Positions 1 to 10,010 of a stretch of 64,000 nt of DNA are shown one piece after another. The stretch is from Alphaproteobacteria bacterium. Its GTDB lineage: Bacteria; Pseudomonadota; Alphaproteobacteria; RF32; CAG-239. How positions within the stretch are numbered: position 1 is the stretch's first letter; every line of letters starts with the position of its first letter. The stretch lies in the NCBI GenBank assembly GCA_048463395.1, contig DBFWPL010000002.1, positions 24,098 to 88,097 on the forward strand. Reading direction: 5' to 3'. The position numbers and the translations under genes are program-made. The notes below the pieces were generated by a model. The model had not been told where the DNA came from. It did no database searches and was given only the letters and a program-made list of their open reading frames with translations.

Positions 1-852
1 GAACAGAGCTTCTGACATTCCTTTGTTTGGATCATCAATAATTTTTGGGGTTTTATCGGGATCTGCTTTGGCAACGTTATTGTCTAAACGGCGAAGCATG
101 TCGGCCATGAGTTTTTCGTCGTTGTATTTTTGTGATAAGGCAACGGCTTTATCTTTTTGTCCGGTACGGAGATAGAAATTGGTAATAATCTGCAAGGCTC
201 GGAAAGACATTTCCAGAGTTTCTTCATTGACAATTATTTCATAATGTTTTTGAGCTTCGTCTTTGCGGTCGAAATAATCATTGAGCATTCCGGCGTGGAA
301 ATGATACAGGGCTTTAAAGCTTTTTTCCTTACTGATACCGGAGAGGGCTTTGAGGGCTTTGTCTTGTTCGTTAAGTCCGGCATAAGCCCAAGCAGACATT
401 AAAGGAATGATGAATTGTTTGTATACCGGTCCGTCGAGATTGTTGATTGTGGTGTTTACGTTTTGATATTGTCCTTTTTTCATCTCCTCAACGGCGATAA
501 TGATGTAGGTAAAATTATTATTGTCTCCGTTTTTCAAAGATTGACGGGCATATTTGGCGGCTTCTTCAATGCGTCCCTGAGAGGCCAGAATGACATACAG
601 GCGACTGATGAGATCCTGATTTTTAGGGTCATCATTCAGGGCTTTGATATAGTAGTCGGCGGCTTTGTTGAAATTGCGGCGTAAGTGAGCAACTCTGCCG
701 GCGAGATAAGCTCCGTAGGATTTTTTTAGGGAAGGGTCTTTGTAGATGACGTTTGCGGAAGCATTACTTTTATTTTCGTCCCAGCGGTTGGAACAGGAAT
801 TAAAAATAATAATTCCCAAAACCAAAAAAAATATGTACCCGAGTTTTGCCAT
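1..852 (-). CDS. TPR-repeat lipoprotein, 5'-partial (runs off left edge)
   Basis: Own translation of the minus strand from ATG 852..850 gives MAKLGYIFFLVLGIIIFNSCS... with a lipobox and TPR-like AYLAGRVAHLRRNFNKAADYYIKALNDDPKN repeats. There is no stop down to position 1. AGGA lies ~10 nt upstream. It is absent from the ORF track because it is truncated by the window edge. Confidence 0.5.
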   Translation of the reverse strand, partial: MAKLGYIFFLVLGIIIFNSCSNRWDENKSNASANVIYKDPSLKKSYGAYLAGRVAHLRRNFNKAADYYIKALNDDPKNQDLISRLYVILASQGRIEEAAKYARQSLKNGDNNNFTYIIIAVEEMKKGQYQNVNTTINNLDGPVYKQFIIPLMSAWAYAGLNEQDKALKALSGISKEKSFKALYHFHAGMLNDYFDRKDEAQKHYEIIVNEETLEMSFRALQIITNFYLRTGQKDKAVALSQKYNDEKLMADMLRRLDNNVAKADPDKTPKIIDDPNKGMSEALF

Positions 853-1015
853 TTTAAGAAAATATCCTGAAAATATGTATCATTAAGAATCTCAAAATTT
901 ATCTTATAGAAATTTTTCAATCATACAATAATAAATTGTTATTTAATACACTAAATATGTGTAAACAACTTATTTATTATTGCAAAAAAAATCAATTGAT
1001 TTACTTTGTTTTATT

Positions 1016-1807
1016 ATGAATGAAAATATGACCTTAAAACAAATTTTGGAGTGGTATATTGATGCCGGAGTGGATGAAACTTTCGGTGAGGTTCCGTTTG
1101 GAAAAAATGTATCCGCCCCCGTCTCGGTCAAAACTTCCGTCTCGGTACCTAAATCGGTTGAAAACACGACCAGACAGGCAACTACGGAATTGGCACAGGC
1201 CAATATTACAGCCCGGCAAAATGCCCGTGAGTTGTGTACCAAGGCCGAAACTCTGGAAGATTTACGGGCTTTGGTGGAGGCTTTTGACGGTTGTGCTTTG
1301 AAACTGACGGCTTCAAAGACAGTTTTCGGCGGGGGCAATCCCGCTTCAAAAATCATGTTGGTCGGCGAAGCTCCGGGGGCGGACGAGGATCGTATCGGGC
1401 AGCCTTTTGTCGGCAGAAGCGGACAGCTTTTGGATAAAATGCTGAAGGCGATTAATGTTGATCGGACTTCCTGCTACATTACAAATGTTTTGCCTTGGCG
1501 TCCGCCCGGAAACAGAACGCCTACCGACGGGGAGATTGCCGTTTGTCTGCCGTTTTTGAAAAGGCAGATTGATTTAATTTCTCCGGATGCGATTGTCGTT
1601 TTGGGCGGTAGTGCCGCGAATGCCTTATTGGAAACAGAGGAACCGATTTCTCGTTTGCGGGGAAAATGGCTTGATTATAAGAAAAGCGACGGAAGTATTG
1701 TGCCGGTTTTGGCGACTTTCCATCCGGCGTATTTGCTGCGAAATTCCGGACAGAAAGCAAAAGCTTGGACGGATTTGCTGCGTTTGTCAAAAAAAATTAT
1801 ACAATGA
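1016..1807 (+). CDS. uracil-DNA glycosylase, family 4, with ~100-aa N-terminal extension
   Basis: Motifs GEAPGADEDRIGQPFVGRSGQLLD and HPAYLLRN are typical of UDG family 4. The track ORF at 980 uses a TTG; the first ATG (MNENMTLKQ) is at 1016. The exact start is uncertain. Confidence 0.75.
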   Translation: MNENMTLKQILEWYIDAGVDETFGEVPFGKNVSAPVSVKTSVSVPKSVENTTRQATTELAQANITARQNARELCTKAETLEDLRALVEAFDGCALKLTASKTVFGGGNPASKIMLVGEAPGADEDRIGQPFVGRSGQLLDKMLKAINVDRTSCYITNVLPWRPPGNRTPTDGEIAVCLPFLKRQIDLISPDAIVVLGGSAANALLETEEPISRLRGKWLDYKKSDGSIVPVLATFHPAYLLRNSGQKAKAWTDLLRLSKKIIQ

Positions 1808-1903
1808 TGTTATCTTTTTTTTCATAATTTATTGGTAAATTAAAAGAAACTGAATTATTATTTAGAAAATTTCACAGGTTTAACTTTTTAAGGAATGTGT
1901 TTT

Positions 1904-2683
1904 ATGAGCAATAAAAAAATATTTACGGGTGTTGCGGCAGCTTTGCTGGCCGGGGTCTGCCTTTCAGGGGCTCAGGCTCAAAACATCAACGATATTGCCG
2001 CTCCGGTTAAAAATAAGGTGGTTCCCGCCCATGCAAAGGGAAAAGCCGATGCCGTTTTGTTTAAAATTCACGATATTTCGTCAGTCAAAAATACGGACGG
2101 AGATGTTGTTGCCTGTGAGTTTAAAGTTACTTTTTATAACCGTTCGCCGAAAGATATCAGCGGTGCTACCGTTCTGCTCAACTGGAAAGACAAGGTTATT
2201 AACGGCGTGATTGACGAAGAGCTGAAACGCAGCGATGAAAAGAATAAAATGAACAATGACGGTCGTTATGTTCGTGCGACTTCCGCGACAGAAAAAGTTA
2301 CTCCGATTGAAGTGAATGCTTCCGTCGATATGCCGGCAATAAAAGCTTATAAACAGCTTACTTTGAGTTCAAGATTACAGTCTGACAGATGTTTCCTGCT
2401 TTTGGACAACACTGATTTTAAGGTCAGTTCTTGTTCGGCTGTTGACAATCAGTCTTCCATGTCTATGGCTGGTTACGGAAACAGTGACTGCGGAGGTTTG
2501 TTTAAGTTTGTATCTTCCAAGGAACCGGAGTATTATAAAGAATTTAAGAAAATTTCTTATGATGAGGAAAAAGCGGCCAAAAGAAGTGCTCAGGAAAGAG
2601 ATACCCAGGAAGTGAATAAAGCTTATGGCGAAGCAGTTGATTCTCTTAACTCGGCGTCAAGCATTTTGTCCCGTATCAAATAA
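1904..2683 (+). CDS. secreted hypothetical protein (signal peptide)
   Basis: MSNKKIFTGVAAALLAGVCLSGAQA signal peptide. AAGGA lies ~12 nt upstream of the ATG at 1904. Confidence 0.5.
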   Translation: MSNKKIFTGVAAALLAGVCLSGAQAQNINDIAAPVKNKVVPAHAKGKADAVLFKIHDISSVKNTDGDVVACEFKVTFYNRSPKDISGATVLLNWKDKVINGVIDEELKRSDEKNKMNNDGRYVRATSATEKVTPIEVNASVDMPAIKAYKQLTLSSRLQSDRCFLLLDNTDFKVSSCSAVDNQSSMSMAGYGNSDCGGLFKFVSSKEPEYYKEFKKISYDEEKAAKRSAQERDTQEVNKAYGEAVDSLNSASSILSRIK

Positions 2684-2700
2684 TATAAAAGAGGTGGAGA

Positions 2701-3447
2701 ATGAGGGCATTGATGAAAAAAGCAAACTGGATGAGTTTGGCCGCGGCTATGTTTCTTATTTGCGGTGTCAATGCTTCTGCCCAAATGTTCGGGGATGAGG
2801 CTTTTGATGAAGTTCCTGCTTCCGAGCCGGTAAAGCCGGAGAAAAAAGCTCCGGCGGTCAGTAACAGGGATATTCTTTCTAATCCGAGAGCCCGCCGTGC
2901 TCCGGCGAAAAAGTCAACGGCAAAATCTAATGTAACCACCTATGCCGGAGAAAAAGTTACCACAGATGAAATTGTCGAAACAGAAAAGAGACTCTCTGAA
3001 AAAAAAGGCAAAAAACGTTATATTCCTCAGGTTATGAGACCAACCTTGGATGGTTCCAAACGTGGCCGTACTTCTATGCGGCAGGTGGTTAAAGACGGGG
3101 AGCAAATGCCTGAAGATGATGCTCTCATCTTCCTTTATTACAGTGATTTTTCTTTGGAACAAACATTAAGCGGAACCATTATGTGCAATGTGCGATTCAA
3201 CATTATGACGACTTTGGACCGCAAGCTTAATAATTTAAGTGTTCGTTTGAAATGGCCGAAGCTTGAGACAACATTAAGTTTTGTCAGTGTTAATCCGAAT
3301 GAGCAAACCTATTTGTCTTATACGCTTCTGGGGGAAGGCTGCTATACGATGGATAAGCTGCCGAACATCATTGTCAACAGGTGTCGTGTCAGAAATATGA
3401 CACAGCAGGATTGTGCCGGCAGAATTCGGTGGTTGAAAAAACAATAG
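2701..3447 (+). CDS. secreted hypothetical protein (signal peptide, basic/Ala-Pro-rich N-terminal region)
   Basis: GGTGGAGA Shine-Dalgarno directly upstream. N-terminal signal peptide MKKANWMSLAAAMFLICGVNASAQ. Confidence 0.55.
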   Translation: MRALMKKANWMSLAAAMFLICGVNASAQMFGDEAFDEVPASEPVKPEKKAPAVSNRDILSNPRARRAPAKKSTAKSNVTTYAGEKVTTDEIVETEKRLSEKKGKKRYIPQVMRPTLDGSKRGRTSMRQVVKDGEQMPEDDALIFLYYSDFSLEQTLSGTIMCNVRFNIMTTLDRKLNNLSVRLKWPKLETTLSFVSVNPNEQTYLSYTLLGEGCYTMDKLPNIIVNRCRVRNMTQQDCAGRIRWLKKQ

Positions 3448-3457
3448 CAGAAAAAGC

Positions 3458-5206
3458 GTGGAGAAGTTGGTTAGAAAAGCTGCGGTTTGGTTATGTTGTT
3501 TGGGGTGTTGGTGCATGATACCCTTTGGGAATGTGTCCGCCCGTCCGATTATTGATAATAACTGCTATAATCAAATTCTTTCTTATTTATATGTTTCCCG
3601 AGATGATGTAACAACTTACAAGAAAATTTTCAAAGCTCTGGAGAAAGAGGATTTTCGCACGGTTGACAATTTGATTGAAGACTTGGACAGCGATATTCTC
3701 ATGGGGCATGTTTTGGCCGAAAAATATCTTTCTAAAACCTACAAAAGTAAATATGTGGAATTGCAAATATGGCTGGAGAAGTATGGAGATTTGCCTCAGG
3801 CTGACAAAATTTACCGCTTGGCCGTAAGAAAAGGTAGAGAAGAAGGGTTAAAAGTTCCGGTCAGAGAAGACAAGCCGAGGGTGTTTTCTCCATACAGCTG
3901 GTTTAATAACCGGTATGAAAATCTGGCTCCTGCAGACAGGGCTTTTATTCGTAAAAAAATTGCCGAGTTCAGAAAAAACGTCAACAAGGGGAAAACTCGG
4001 GCAGCCAGAGCAATTTTGGAGAATAAAAGATTTCGGATGACTATTCCAAACAAAGAATATGATGCGATGTCGGCAACACTGGCGACAGTTTATTTTCTGG
4101 ATAATGAAGATGCTTTGGCGTTACGATGGTCGGAGAAGGCCGCCCGCCGCAGTCATGATGCGACGGCTTATTGGTTTGGCGGTTTGGCAGCATGGCGAAT
4201 GAAAAATTATAAATTGGCATCCGATTACTTTGGCAAACTGGGGAAACTTACCGATAATGACGAGTGGTTGGTTTCCGCCGGAGCTTATTGGGGATACCGA
4301 GCTCAATTGAGACGGAAGAACAAGGTGGAAGCGGAAAAACTTTTGCGGCAAGCCTCAAGATATAAGCGGACGTTTTATGGTATTTTGGCCAATTATAAGT
4401 TAGGTAATCCTATGGATTATAACTGGTCGGGAGCCTCTTATCTGAATGATTTCAGCAACTATGAATATATTAACGAACTGGTTTCGTCTCCGGCTATCCG
4501 TCGGGCGATCATTCTGGTTCATGCCAAGCGGAAAGATTTGGCAGAAAAAGAGCTTCGGGCTGATTTGACGAATATGAGCGATAAGCAGAAAGAGGCGGCG
4601 ATGTATATTGCCGATCAATATAAAATGCACGCATTGGGAATTTTAATTTCAAATCAACTTAAAAAGGACGATCAATCAATTTTTTATGACCATTTAGCTT
4701 ATCCGGCTCCGAATTGGAAACCTAAAAGCGGTTGGAAACTCGACAGGGCATTGGTTTTGGCTTTGGTTCGGCAGGAATCGGGATTTATGCCGAATGCGGG
4801 CAGCGGTGCCGGAGCCAAGGGGTTAATGCAGCTGATGCCAAACACGGCCTTTCATATTACCAAAGACCGGAGTTTGAAAAAAGATCATACACCGCTTTTG
4901 AATGCGGAATATAATCTGGAGACCGGTCAGAAATATGTCAATTATCTTTTGGAGAAACCGTTTATCAACGGAAATCTGTTTTTTCTGACAACGGCTTACA
5001 ACGCCGGTCCGGGAAATTTGCTTAAGTGGCAGAAAAAGATGAAGTACGGTAATGACCCTCTGATGTTTATTGAGACGCTTCCGGCCAGAGAAACCCGAAT
5101 TTATATTGAACGGGTTATGGCCAATTTTTGGGTTTACAGTGCCAAATTTGACAAGGAACACAAAAGTTTGAAAGAGCTTTCTGACGGTAAGTGGCCGACA
5201 TTGTAG
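3458..5206 (+). CDS. soluble lytic murein transglycosylase (SLT domain)
   Basis: C-terminal SLT motif LVRQESGFMPNAGSGAGAKGLMQLMPNTA...TTAYNAGPGN. N-terminal superhelical region. GTG start with signal-like N-terminus. Confidence 0.8.
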   Translation: MEKLVRKAAVWLCCLGCWCMIPFGNVSARPIIDNNCYNQILSYLYVSRDDVTTYKKIFKALEKEDFRTVDNLIEDLDSDILMGHVLAEKYLSKTYKSKYVELQIWLEKYGDLPQADKIYRLAVRKGREEGLKVPVREDKPRVFSPYSWFNNRYENLAPADRAFIRKKIAEFRKNVNKGKTRAARAILENKRFRMTIPNKEYDAMSATLATVYFLDNEDALALRWSEKAARRSHDATAYWFGGLAAWRMKNYKLASDYFGKLGKLTDNDEWLVSAGAYWGYRAQLRRKNKVEAEKLLRQASRYKRTFYGILANYKLGNPMDYNWSGASYLNDFSNYEYINELVSSPAIRRAIILVHAKRKDLAEKELRADLTNMSDKQKEAAMYIADQYKMHALGILISNQLKKDDQSIFYDHLAYPAPNWKPKSGWKLDRALVLALVRQESGFMPNAGSGAGAKGLMQLMPNTAFHITKDRSLKKDHTPLLNAEYNLETGQKYVNYLLEKPFINGNLFFLTTAYNAGPGNLLKWQKKMKYGNDPLMFIETLPARETRIYIERVMANFWVYSAKFDKEHKSLKELSDGKWPTL

Positions 5207-5571
5207 TCTTAATTTTCCTACCCCTAATAAGAGTTGTTTTTCGTCTAAAAATGTGCTAATATAATATTAGATAAAATATTATTAGAGGACATTTTGCTTA
5301 TGGGGTTTTGCCTTTTTGGGTTTTCCCGTGGATATCTAATAATCTTTTTAATCGGACTTAACGGTTGTTGAGTTTTTGTTTGAGGATTTGGGACTGTTGT
5401 TTGATTGGATGAGTTTTGATGTTTAGGTCTTTTACTTTGCGGTTTAGGACTTTTACGACGAGACATTTCTGATTTTGACGGACCTGAGACTTTGGACTTT
5501 AAGAAGTTTGACGACTGTCGGACTGATGTACAAAAAAAAGAATGTTGGACTAAAAAATAATATATTAAACA

Positions 5572-5828
5572 TGGGAACTTTCGTTTTCGTATGCGTAGTC
5601 ATCTTTATCGGATGGCTCGTGTTAAAAGTATTAGGTGGATTATGTGAGGTGATCGGCGTACTCTTTGCCCTTTGCGAACTGGCTTTGGGCGGAGCTATCA
5701 TCGGTGCCGGTCTCTTCTTCCTTTTTTCAGGATTTTCAATGAGTGCTGCCACTGTAGGTGCTGTCATTGGAGCTGTCATCGGTGCAATTTGCACTTTGAT
5801 GGATCTGAAAAAAAGAATTTTCAACTGA
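5572..5828 (+). CDS. small glycine-zipper membrane protein (hypothetical)
   Basis: Two hydrophobic segments with GxxxG-like repeats (GAIIGAGLFF, AVIGAVIGAI). The start is uncertain (track ORF from 5475). Confidence 0.3.
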
Positions 5829-5947
5829 TCCTACCCAGAAAACTTTTTAGACTGCCTCTCGGGGCGGTCTTTTTCTTTGAGGAATTGAAAACTCTGAAAA
5901 CAGGCATATATCTTGAGTGATATAAGTTGTTTTTAGGAGTTTGGACA

Positions 5948-6280
5948 ATGGAATTATATTTATTCTTAGCCATGTTTTTGGTGTATGTGGTTACGGCTTT
6001 TCTGGTTAAAAAGAACGTTTTGTATAAAATTTGGACGTTGGCTTTTATTGCAACCTTTATCATTACGGCTGTTTCAATCGCTTTTTTACGGGTAAACAAT
6101 CAGGATGTGATGATGTCTGCCAATGAACTCAATTGGTATTATCTGTTGTATTTGTTCGGATCAATGTCGGTTGTTTTGGGAATTATCAATGTATGGATGT
6201 ATCGTCGTCCTATTTTCAGAGTTTTGTTTGAAAATAACGATGATGAAGACGATGAGGATGATGAGATCAAAAAAATCTAA
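5948..6280 (+). CDS. small membrane protein with acidic C-terminal tail (hypothetical)
   Basis: AGGAG lies 9 nt upstream of the ATG at 5948. Three predicted TM segments. C-terminus NDDEDDEDDEIKKI. Confidence 0.4.
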   Translation: MELYLFLAMFLVYVVTAFLVKKNVLYKIWTLAFIATFIITAVSIAFLRVNNQDVMMSANELNWYYLLYLFGSMSVVLGIINVWMYRRPIFRVLFENNDDEDDEDDEIKKI

Positions 6281-6957
6281 CGGTTTTTGATGTAAATAAT
6301 CTTGGGTTTGTTGTTAATTTGAACCTGATAAAGATTTTTTTTGAACAGCGAGAATTTTTTTGCAGCATTTAAAAAGCGGCAGGTCAGTGCGGGATTAGGG
6401 GTTATAATCTGCAAGGTATCGGCAGCTTTTTGCTGTTTGGTATCCGGGAGTTTTTTCAAAAAGGTTTGGAAATCCGTTTCGTCTTTCCAGTTCTCGGCTC
6501 CGGTTATATTTCTTTTAAGGTCGATGATTTTTCCGTCCCATGGTTTCGGGTGGTTTTGTTCAAATTCTTGGGCAGTAGCTCCGAGAAGAAACAATAAATT
6601 TTCTTCAGCTTCCTGCTGGTTATCTGCGGCGTGGATGAGGTGTCCGCCGCCGGTCCATTGGCGATATTGGTATTTGCTGGAGATGATATTGCCGTTCAAA
6701 TTGTTTTTAACGGCGGGGTGCAGGTCGTGTACAACAACAAGAAGAAAGGCATCTGTTCCGCATTCTTGTTGTTTTTTGCAGTTTTTAGGAAGTTTTTTTC
6801 CGTAAAAACGGGTCAGGTTGTCAGCAAAAAGGTCTTTGGACCAAGTGATATTGTAAACCTGACGGATTTCGTAGTTTTGGGCAATGTCGTTAAGGATTTC
6901 TTGTTCCTTGTTGCGGGCATTGTTCCAGATAATAAATAAGTTCAGTTCTTTTTTCAT
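6277..6957 (-). CDS. hypothetical protein (226 aa)
   Basis: The long minus ORF continues to 7185, but the upstream part reads like non-coding translation and overlaps the divergent gene. An internal ATG at 6957 begins MKKELNLFIIWNN. No recognisable family. Confidence 0.45.
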   Translation of the reverse strand: MKKELNLFIIWNNARNKEQEILNDIAQNYEIRQVYNITWSKDLFADNLTRFYGKKLPKNCKKQQECGTDAFLLVVVHDLHPAVKNNLNGNIISSKYQYRQWTGGGHLIHAADNQQEAEENLLFLLGATAQEFEQNHPKPWDGKIIDLKRNITGAENWKDETDFQTFLKKLPDTKQQKAADTLQIITPNPALTCRFLNAAKKFSLFKKNLYQVQINNKPKIIYIKNR

Positions 6958-7036
6958 GGGGCTATCATATAAATTTTCGTGGCTTTTATCAAGAATAATG
7001 TTAAGTTTGTAAAAAATATAACCACGGATTGAACAG

Positions 7037-8641
7037 ATGATAAGAGTAAACGGAATTAAGGCAGATTTAGATGCCGATATGGCAGCGTTAAAAGAAATTG
7101 TTTCCATGAAAACGGGATTGGCTCCGGAGTATATTCTGGATATAAAAGTTGCAAAACGTTCCATTGACGCCAGAAACAAAACCAACGTGCATTTTGTGTA
7201 TTCTCTGGATATGACGGTAGACGGGGATGAGGACTATATCTCTGCCATCTTGGCATGGAAAGATGTGGAGCTGATTAAAAATACCGGAGATTTGGTGATT
7301 TCGAAACCTCTTAAACCGGTTAAGCTTCGGCCGGTCATTGCCGGAACGGGGCCGGCGGGAATGCTTGCCGGATTGGCTTTGGCGGAAGCCGGTTTAAATC
7401 CGATTTTATTAGAGCGGGGAAAAGAGGTTTCGGAGCGGAGAAAAGACGTCGAAATGTTTTGGGTGACGGGTAACTTGAAACCGGAGTCAAACGTGCAATT
7501 CGGAGAAGGCGGAGCCGGAACTTTCTCTGACGGAAAGTTAATGACGGGCGTTAAAAAAGACCGATATATGAAGAAAGTTTTGCAAGAATTTGCGGAAGCG
7601 GGAGCTCCCGAGGAAATTCTTTATCTGGCTAAGCCTCATATCGGAACAGACAATTTGACAGCGATGGTAAAAAATATCCGGCGGAAAATTATTTCCCTGG
7701 GCGGGGAATATCGTTTTGGGCATAAACTTGACGGTTTGGTTGTGGAAAATGACAGATTAAAGGCGGTTAAAGTCAGCGTTATCGACGGAGAGAGTTATGA
7801 GTTGCCGTGCGAAAGGCTGATTTTGGCAGTGGGGCACAGTGCCAGAGACACGTTTGAGATGTTGTATTCCGCCGGTGTTAAAATCGAACAAAAGCCGTTT
7901 TCGGTCGGAGCCAGAATAGAACACCGCCAATATATGATAGACGAATCACAATACGGTCGTTTTGCCGGTCATCCCAAGCTCGGAGCGGCGGATTATAAGC
8001 TGGCGGTGCATTTGCCGAACGGGCGTTCCGCTTACACTTTTTGTATGTGTCCGGGCGGGCAGGTGATTGCCGCAGCCTCTGAAGAAGGCGGTGTGGTTAC
8101 CAACGGAATGAGCGAGTTTGCCAGAAAGAAAGTCAATGCCAATTCGGCTTTGCTGGTTGGGATAACACCGGAGGATTTTGGCTCAAAGCACCCTTTGGCG
8201 GGAATGTATTTTCAGCGTAAAATAGAAGAAACGGCTTTTCGTGTCGGCGGCGGAAATTATCATGCTCCGGCTCAGTTGGCGGGAGATTTTCTTAAAAATA
8301 AGGAATCGGAAGATTGGAAAAATGTGGAGCCGTCTTATAATCCGAGGGTTCAGTTTACCAATTTGGCTTATGTTTTACCGGAATATGTGGTTGATACCAT
8401 GCGGGTTGCTCTTGTGGAGATGGACAGGAAACTTCGGGGATTTGCCTCGTATGACGCAGTTTTAACCGGACCGGAAACCAGAAGTTCTTCTCCGGTCAGA
8501 ATTGTTCGGGATGATACCTTGCAAAGCAATATCAAGGGATTGTATCCATGCGGGGAAGGGGCCGGATATGCCGGCGGAATTTCCAGTGCGGCAATCGACG
8601 GTTTGAAGGCGGCCTTACAAGTAGTGGAAAGCTTGGTTTAA
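7037..8641 (+). CDS. FAD-dependent dehydrogenase (uncharacterised NAD(FAD)-utilising family)
   Basis: N-terminal ferredoxin-like domain plus dinucleotide-binding motif VIAGTGPAGMLAGLALAEAG. C-terminal GEGAGYAGGI. Confidence 0.7.
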   Translation: MIRVNGIKADLDADMAALKEIVSMKTGLAPEYILDIKVAKRSIDARNKTNVHFVYSLDMTVDGDEDYISAILAWKDVELIKNTGDLVISKPLKPVKLRPVIAGTGPAGMLAGLALAEAGLNPILLERGKEVSERRKDVEMFWVTGNLKPESNVQFGEGGAGTFSDGKLMTGVKKDRYMKKVLQEFAEAGAPEEILYLAKPHIGTDNLTAMVKNIRRKIISLGGEYRFGHKLDGLVVENDRLKAVKVSVIDGESYELPCERLILAVGHSARDTFEMLYSAGVKIEQKPFSVGARIEHRQYMIDESQYGRFAGHPKLGAADYKLAVHLPNGRSAYTFCMCPGGQVIAAASEEGGVVTNGMSEFARKKVNANSALLVGITPEDFGSKHPLAGMYFQRKIEETAFRVGGGNYHAPAQLAGDFLKNKESEDWKNVEPSYNPRVQFTNLAYVLPEYVVDTMRVALVEMDRKLRGFASYDAVLTGPETRSSSPVRIVRDDTLQSNIKGLYPCGEGAGYAGGISSAAIDGLKAALQVVESLV

Positions 8642-8705
8642 TTGTTTGCATAAAATTATCAGCTTGGTAATATGATTACAGAAAAATAACGGAAAATAGG
8701 GACTG

Positions 8706-10010
8706 ATGATGAAAGTTGCAATTATTGGGACGGGATATGTCGGACTTCCGACGGGTGTCGGGCTGGCAGAACTCGGAAACAAAGTTGTCTGTGTTGATAA
8801 AATCGCCGAGAAGATAGATTCCTTAAACAGCGGAAAAATCACAATTTATGAAGACGGAATGGAAGAACTTTTTCAGAAGAATCTGAAAAAAGGCAGTATT
8901 TCGTTTACAACGGATATGGAAACTGCCGTTAAAGATGCTGATTTGGTCATGATTGCGGTGGGGACGCCTCCGCATCCGGAAACCAAAGAAGCCGATTTGC
9001 GGTATATTTATGCGGCGGCTGAAGAGTTGGCTCAATATTTGACAGGATATACCGTTGTTGCGACAAAATCGACAGTTCCGGTCGGAACCGGAGACGAGGT
9101 GGAAGCCATTATCAAGAGAGTTAATCCGAATGCCAATTGTGATGTCGTGTCTTTGCCGGAGTTTTTGCGGGAAGGTTTTGCCATTCATGATTTTTTCAAT
9201 CCGGACAGAATAGTTATCGGTGCCAACACGGCGAAAGCTCAGGAACTCCTTTTGAGTTTGTACAAACCGTTTAAGGGAAAAACAGAGTTTTTGCTGGTCA
9301 ATCGTAAATCTTCGGAAACAATCAAATATGCCTCCAATGCCTTTTTGGCGATGAAGATTCATTATATTAACGAAATGGCGAATTTTTGTGAAAAAGCGGG
9401 TGCCGATATTAATGAAGTGGCGAAAGGTATGGGGTTAGATACGCGTATCGGCAAGAAGTTTTTGAATGCGGGGCCGGGGTATGGCGGTTCATGTTTCCCG
9501 AAAGATACCAACGCTATGGCTCAGATGGGCAAGAAATACGGTGCTCGTCTTAACCTGATTGAAACGACCATTGCCAAAAACGATGAACGCAAGGTTGAAA
9601 TGGGACAGCGGGTTATTGACGCTGTTAAAGACTATAAAGACGGGAAAATCGCCGTTTTGGGGCTGGCGTTCAAAGGCGGTACGGATGACTGCCGCGAATC
9701 TCCGGCAATGGAGATTTTGAACGAGATTTTGCGTCATTCTTCCAATGTCGCGGTTTATGATCCGAAAGCCATGGAAAATGCCCGTAAGCTTATCGGCGAC
9801 AAGGTTGTTTATGCCGCAGATGCTTATGAAGCCTGCAAGTCTGCGGATATTTTGGTTATTCTGACCGAGTGGGAAGAGTTCAAGCAGCTTGATTTGGTTA
9901 AGCTTAAGCAGATTATGCGGCATGCCAGAATTATGGATATGCGGAATATGCTTAGTCCGAAAGATGTGCGGAACAATGGTTTTGTATACAGCTGTATAGG
10001 GATGAAATAA
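8706..10010 (+). CDS. ugd: UDP-glucose 6-dehydrogenase
   Basis: VAIIGTGYVGLPTG Rossmann motif, catalytic GGSCFPKD motif, C-terminal UDP-binding domain. Confidence 0.85.
   Translation: MMKVAIIGTGYVGLPTGVGLAELGNKVVCVDKIAEKIDSLNSGKITIYEDGMEELFQKNLKKGSISFTTDMETAVKDADLVMIAVGTPPHPETKEADLRYIYAAAEELAQYLTGYTVVATKSTVPVGTGDEVEAIIKRVNPNANCDVVSLPEFLREGFAIHDFFNPDRIVIGANTAKAQELLLSLYKPFKGKTEFLLVNRKSSETIKYASNAFLAMKIHYINEMANFCEKAGADINEVAKGMGLDTRIGKKFLNAGPGYGGSCFPKDTNAMAQMGKKYGARLNLIETTIAKNDERKVEMGQRVIDAVKDYKDGKIAVLGLAFKGGTDDCRESPAMEILNEILRHSSNVAVYDPKAMENARKLIGDKVVYAADAYEACKSADILVILTEWEEFKQLDLVKLKQIMRHARIMDMRNMLSPKDVRNNGFVYSCIGMK

Noticed and set aside
157-684. Plus-strand ORFs 157..402 and 415..684 from the six-frame track
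   Set aside because: They lie antisense inside a long uninterrupted minus-strand ORF (1..852) that encodes a convincing TPR lipoprotein with an RBS and lipobox. They are treated as shadow ORFs.
5245-5824. Minus-strand ORFs 5245..5466 and 5453..5824 (K/P/Q-rich peptides)
   Set aside because: They fall in a T/G-rich low-complexity intergenic region. There is no RBS, the composition mirrors the repeat, and the second overlaps the better-supported plus-strand membrane-protein ORF.
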